From Nitrospirales bacterium (GTDB lineage: Bacteria; Nitrospirota; Nitrospiria; Nitrospirales; UBA8639), in the NCBI GenBank assembly GCA_965223295.1, contig CBDCWC010000003.1, forward strand, positions 192,001-256,000: DNA of 64,000 nucleotides. Direction: 5' to 3'. Under the pieces are notes generated by a model. That model was given only the letters and a program-made list of their open reading frames with translations, was not told the DNA's origin and made no database searches. The translations under genes and the position numbers were made by a program. Of this stretch, positions 59,828-64,000 are shown one piece after another (the stretch's first letter is position 1; each line of letters opens with the position of its first letter).

Positions 59828-61330
59828 ATGCGTCTAAAGACATTCCGGTCTGGACTCGCAGTCACGGCGTCCAACACCATTCTTAGTCTTTTCCAAGCAC
59901 TCACAGCAATTTTTTTAGCAAGACTTCTGGACCCTCAGGACTTCGGTCTGATGAGTTTAGGCGGTGCATTGGTTGGAATCTGCGGGTTACTGTCTGGGAT
60001 GGGTATGAAGGCCGCTGTCATCGCTTCAGCAGAGGAAACCAACAAAGTTGCCTTTCATGCTCTTCTCATCACCACAACGATCGGATGCCTTCTGACAGGA
60101 CTGATTATTAGTTTCGCTCCCCAATATGCCTGGTTTTTTGGCGGGAGCGACCTAATAGGAATCTGCCAGTGGATGGCCGTCATCGTCCTATTCAATGCTA
60201 TGGGCCTCATACCAGATGCTATCCTATCGAAGGGTATGATGTTCGGTCGGCGGATTATTCCAGCGACAGTGAGCTCTCTTAGCTATATGATCACCTCTGT
60301 AGGGCTAGCGTACGCTGGCTTTGGAGTATGGAGCCTCGTCTATGGCCGTCTGGTCAAATCATTTACGGCTCTAAGCGTGAACCTCCTTGTCTGTCCGACG
60401 TTGCGGTGGCTGGTACCACACAAATGGGACCCCATTGTCGCCACAACTCTAACTAAATTTGGCACAGCGACTCTAGGGACTGGCCTCGTACAGTATGGCT
60501 ATGAATATGGCGACAAACTTATTGTGGGTAAACTTTTGGGAACTACCCAGCTCGGCTTCTATAGTCAAGCCTATACGATCTCAGCGCTCACCGTCGGTCA
60601 AATTTCCATGGTTACAAACTCTGTCTTGTTTCCCGCTTACGCAACCATAAGGGAAGATAAGGCACGCCTAGCAAAGGCATTCCTTGACAGCCTTCAAATG
60701 CTATCGACTATTACCATCCCCCTTTCGATGGGACTGTTTACCTTAGCACCTGAATTGGTGATTTTTCTTATTGGAGAAAAATGGCGTGACTCAATACCGC
60801 TTCTTCAAATCTTTGCCTTTCTTGGCCTTATCCGCCCACTCTCTGGAGCGGCCTCTCCATTGTTTTTAGCTATCAACCGACCCCAATATAATTTTGGAGG
60901 CGCGATAATTCAAAGCACCGCTATGGTCATTCTTGTTATTCTACTCGTACCCTGGAAGGTTGAGGGCATTGCTCTTGCTCTTGTCAGCGCTTTTGCTATT
61001 GGTCTAATTTACAATTCGTTCATGGTATGTCGGAAAACAGCACTCCCAATCACATTGCAAGACTATCTTGTTCAAATTTCACCTGCGATTGTTGGGACAA
61101 GTATAATGATGGGAGTAGTGTGGACCTTAAAAGAGCCACTACTGAATGTGGTTGATGGCACACACAATTTCCTCTCTCTCGCAATCCTGATTATAGCCGG
61201 AGTGTTGAGTTATAGCCTGACTCTCTATGCCATCAAACCAAGCATAATTTTTGAAATGATAAATCTGGCCTTATCAGGAATTGGATTACGCGGCGAAAGT
61301 CATAACGGGAAGAGGGCAGAAAAGTCATAA
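59828..61330 (+). CDS. wzx: Polysaccharide flippase (Wzx/WzxC-like)
   Basis: LARLLDPQDFG, GFGVWSLV, DKLIVGKLLG..LGFYS, multiple TMs. Confidence 0.88.
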   Translation: MRLKTFRSGLAVTASNTILSLFQALTAIFLARLLDPQDFGLMSLGGALVGICGLLSGMGMKAAVIASAEETNKVAFHALLITTTIGCLLTGLIISFAPQYAWFFGGSDLIGICQWMAVIVLFNAMGLIPDAILSKGMMFGRRIIPATVSSLSYMITSVGLAYAGFGVWSLVYGRLVKSFTALSVNLLVCPTLRWLVPHKWDPIVATTLTKFGTATLGTGLVQYGYEYGDKLIVGKLLGTTQLGFYSQAYTISALTVGQISMVTNSVLFPAYATIREDKARLAKAFLDSLQMLSTITIPLSMGLFTLAPELVIFLIGEKWRDSIPLLQIFAFLGLIRPLSGAASPLFLAINRPQYNFGGAIIQSTAMVILVILLVPWKVEGIALALVSAFAIGLIYNSFMVCRKTALPITLQDYLVQISPAIVGTSIMMGVVWTLKEPLLNVVDGTHNFLSLAILIIAGVLSYSLTLYAIKPSIIFEMINLALSGIGLRGESHNGKRAEKS

Positions 61331-61493
61331 TCCCTCGAACCGTCACAACCAAAGGAAAAAACTGTAAGACCTAAGAGTTTGTTCTCCTTCCCAAAAGTTA
61401 GACCAAGTCCTGACCTCTCCCCCAAAATCGACGACAGCTTAAAACTGGAGTACGATGGCCGTTTCGGCAGTCCGAACGGAAAGGAGGGGGGCC

Positions 61494-61760
61494 ATGAAGC
61501 GGTCCAAATTCTCGGAGGAGCAAGTCATCTATGCCCTTCGGCAAAGCGAAGGGGGCACACCTGTAGGCGACGTCTGTCGCCAACTGGGCGTCAGTGAGGC
61601 CACATTGTATGCCTGGAAAAAGAAGTATGCGCATCTCGGAGTGACGGAACTCCGCCGGTTGCGGCAGTTGGAGGAAGAAAACACGCGATTGAAGCGCTTG
61701 GTGGCCGATCTCTCATTGGATAAACATATGCTGTCGGAGGCCTTACGAAAAAAAGCCTGA
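61494..61760 (+). CDS. IS3 transposase OrfA
   Basis: MKRSKFSEEQV..CRQLGVSEATLYAWKKKY..LEEENTRLKRLVADL; AAAAAAAG at 61748-61755. Confidence 0.92.
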   Translation: MKRSKFSEEQVIYALRQSEGGTPVGDVCRQLGVSEATLYAWKKKYAHLGVTELRRLRQLEEENTRLKRLVADLSLDKHMLSEALRKKA

Positions 61761-62613
61761 GGCCCGCCCGCCGCCGAGAATTGGCCCAGTGGTTTCAGCA
61801 GACATTCTCGGTGAGTGGTGTGCGGGCCTGTCGCTTAGCGCAGCTTACTCGATCGGCCTGGTATCGACGAAGCCAGGCGAAAGACCAATCCGCCTTACGT
61901 CTCCGTATTCGTGATCTCGCACATGCCCGTCCACGGTTTGGGTACCTGCGGATTTGGGTCCTCTTGCGGCGGGAAGGGTGGGTCGTGAATCGGAAGCGCG
62001 TGCGGCGCCTCTATCGTCTGGAAGGGTTACAACTTCGGATGCGGGTCCGCCGACGCAAACACATGGCGTTGCACCGCGGGCCGGCACCCACTCCGGTACA
62101 ACCGAATGAGCGCTGGAGTATGGATTTTGTGCATGATACGCTGGGCGATGGCCGCCCATTTCGGATGCTCACGGTCGTCGACAACTGGAGTCGGCACGCA
62201 CCCGTACTTGAGGCGGGTTTTCGAATGTCAGGCGAGAGCGTTGGGCAGGCGCTTGATCGAGTCGTCGGCGCTAGTGCTCGACCGCGTTCATCACGGTAGA
62301 TCATGGCACCGAATTCCAATCGCGAGCGTTGGAAGAGTGGGCGTATCGGCAAGGGGTTCAGCTCGACTTCATTCGCCCCGGCAAACCAGTCGAAAACGCC
62401 TTCATTGAATCGTTTAACGGGCGATTGCGAGACGAGTGTCTCAACGTCCACCAGTTCCGGTCACTCGATGACGCGCGAGCGATCATTGAAGTCTGGCGGC
62501 TGGACTATAATCAACACCGTCCCCATAGCTCACTCGGGCATCTGACACCGAATGAGTTTTTGAACCAACATCAGGAGAGCCAGGCAGCTGAAGTCACCAT
62601 CTATTCTGGTTAA
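61757..62613 (+). pseudogene. IS3 transposase OrfB (DDE) broken by a frameshift
   Basis: WSMDF in one frame; TVDHGTEF and AFIESFNG in another; apparent 1-nt deletion near 62289. Confidence 0.85.
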
Positions 62614-62692
62614 GATCTGTCTCAAAACGGGGGCAACGTCGGACAGCCGAAAACTCTACTTTACAACTGTCCGCTTGACGGGGAAGCGTACA

Positions 62693-64000
62693 ATGTCACA
62701 ACTATTCATACTAAGACTACTTTGCTATTTACTGCCCGTAGCCGCATTTTTAACCCTATGGTTCCCTTTCTTTGCACATTACTATGTATCCGACGTTACG
62801 TTAAGTTACAAAACAGTGAACGAGGCTCGAAAGTTAGCTCCAGATTCAATTCTGAAAGAATTAAAGACAATGTCGCTTTTCCTCGCTGAACAAAAAACCA
62901 GTAAAGACGTGGCTCAGTCTGCCGCCAAATTATTAAAAGGGGAGACGCAAATCGTAGGAAAGCCTCCAATGAAAGTTGGCTCTCCTCTTTTTGAGCCAAG
63001 TGATTTAACAGACGGACCTCTTGCCCAAAAACTTGGAATTGCCGTATTGATGATACCCGACCTACTCATCGATGCATATGAGTTGACTAATCATGACGAA
63101 TTTCTTGTTGCAGCTAGAAATTATATTGTGAAATTTGCGTTATACGAGAAGAGCAATTGGCTCCCGAAAGGATTACTCTGGAATGATCATGCCATTGCTG
63201 AACGTATTTTTGTGCTGACTAAATTTTGGTATCACTACCGAAAGCATACACTTTACAACCAAGAAATTGCTCATCATATATTACAATTAGTCTCTCGTAG
63301 TGGTCAGTTTCTGGCGAAGGATTCTCATTTCACGTTTGAAACAAACCATGGAATTTTGCAAAACTTGGCCCTCTGGCATCTTTCCATTGCCTTTCCCACC
63401 ATTCCTAATACTGAAGGCTATAAGAAAACAGCTCGAAAGAGAATGACTGAACAGATGGCATACTATATTAACGAAAACGGAGTCATCCTTGAACACTCGG
63501 CAGGATATCACAAAGTTGGGCTTCGCCTTATCGGTATGGCGATGAGATATTTGACTTTGTTAAACGAAAACTTGCCTACTGAATGGATCCTAAAATATGA
63601 GAAGGCAAAGAATGTGTACAAACAATTGAGACGTTTTGATGGAACATTGCCCATCTTCGGAGATAGTGCCACCGGCCTTCCAGACGAGCTTGGACCACTC
63701 GTATCCAACATCGACCAACAAAAACGTATGGGCTCGCTACGCCACAAAAAAGTTTGGGGAGCTCCACAACCCTATAACCTTTTTCCAGTCGCAGGATATG
63801 CTGTATGGTGGGATGGATTAAGACACTGGCCAAAAGTGAAAAAGACAAATCAGACTGTATTGATCTGGTCCCATTTTCCTGGTCATGCCCACAAACATGC
63901 AGATGAAATGAGTATCATCATGTGGGCCGGTGGGCAAAGGTGGTGGACAAACATAGGATATTGGCCATTTGGAGATCCAGGGCGCCTTAAGGCCTTATCA
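62693..64000 (+). CDS. Heparinase II/III-family protein (partial, runs off window)
   Basis: Open frame from ATG 62693 to the end: N-terminal TM, WNDHA, TNHG, EHSAGYH, DGTLPIFGDS, GHAHKHADEMS; absent from the ORF track because no stop is reached. Confidence 0.82.
   Translation, partial: MSQLFILRLLCYLLPVAAFLTLWFPFFAHYYVSDVTLSYKTVNEARKLAPDSILKELKTMSLFLAEQKTSKDVAQSAAKLLKGETQIVGKPPMKVGSPLFEPSDLTDGPLAQKLGIAVLMIPDLLIDAYELTNHDEFLVAARNYIVKFALYEKSNWLPKGLLWNDHAIAERIFVLTKFWYHYRKHTLYNQEIAHHILQLVSRSGQFLAKDSHFTFETNHGILQNLALWHLSIAFPTIPNTEGYKKTARKRMTEQMAYYINENGVILEHSAGYHKVGLRLIGMAMRYLTLLNENLPTEWILKYEKAKNVYKQLRRFDGTLPIFGDSATGLPDELGPLVSNIDQQKRMGSLRHKKVWGAPQPYNLFPVAGYAVWWDGLRHWPKVKKTNQTVLIWSHFPGHAHKHADEMSIIMWAGGQRWWTNIGYWPFGDPGRLKALS

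Larger units (their letters stand above)
61411..62692 (+). mobile_element. IS3-family insertion sequence (boundaries approximate)
   Basis: orfA + orfB with A7G slippery site; TG...CA-type ends; alternative left end at 61380 and inner right end near 62641; no clear target duplication. Confidence 0.88.

Overview
Bacterial chromosomal window with no rRNA, tRNA or CRISPR array. A Nitrospirota (Nitrospirales) origin is inferred from the dispersed ~190-bp repeat family and gene content but not verified. Bases ~200-19,900 form a coherent regulatory/biofilm island. It holds an ECF sigma/zinc anti-sigma/S8 protease operon, a secreted beta-propeller di-heme cytochrome c, a STAS-like protein and an intact PAS-PAS sigma54 enhancer-binding protein (bEBP). 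Divergent from the bEBP, a sigma54 promoter precedes a second, anti-sigma-less ECF paralog, a homocysteine S-methyltransferase and a curli amyloid locus (four curlin genes + csgE, csgF, csgG). Two stand-alone, catalytically degenerate bEBP AAA+ modules bracket the island. A shared ECF-type promoter motif (TnCAACs-N16-CsACTyACy) precedes both of them and two secreted-protein genes, suggesting a sigma54 -> ECF -> dead-bEBP feedback circuit; this is the best candidate for an undescribed system. The rest contains housekeeping genes (mug, prmA, MutS-like, lhr, ychF, def, potABCD), two decayed toxin-antitoxin pairs, a caddie + tyrosinase-PPC fusion locus, a fabF-ACP-lpxD cassette, a sigma54-driven STAS pair, and a polysaccharide locus (three sugar C-methyltransferases, rfbF, PIG-L, wzx, heparinase II/III-like) interrupted by a frameshifted IS3 element. 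Seven MITE/REP-like copies and other palindromic repeats are present, one inserted in-frame in lhr.
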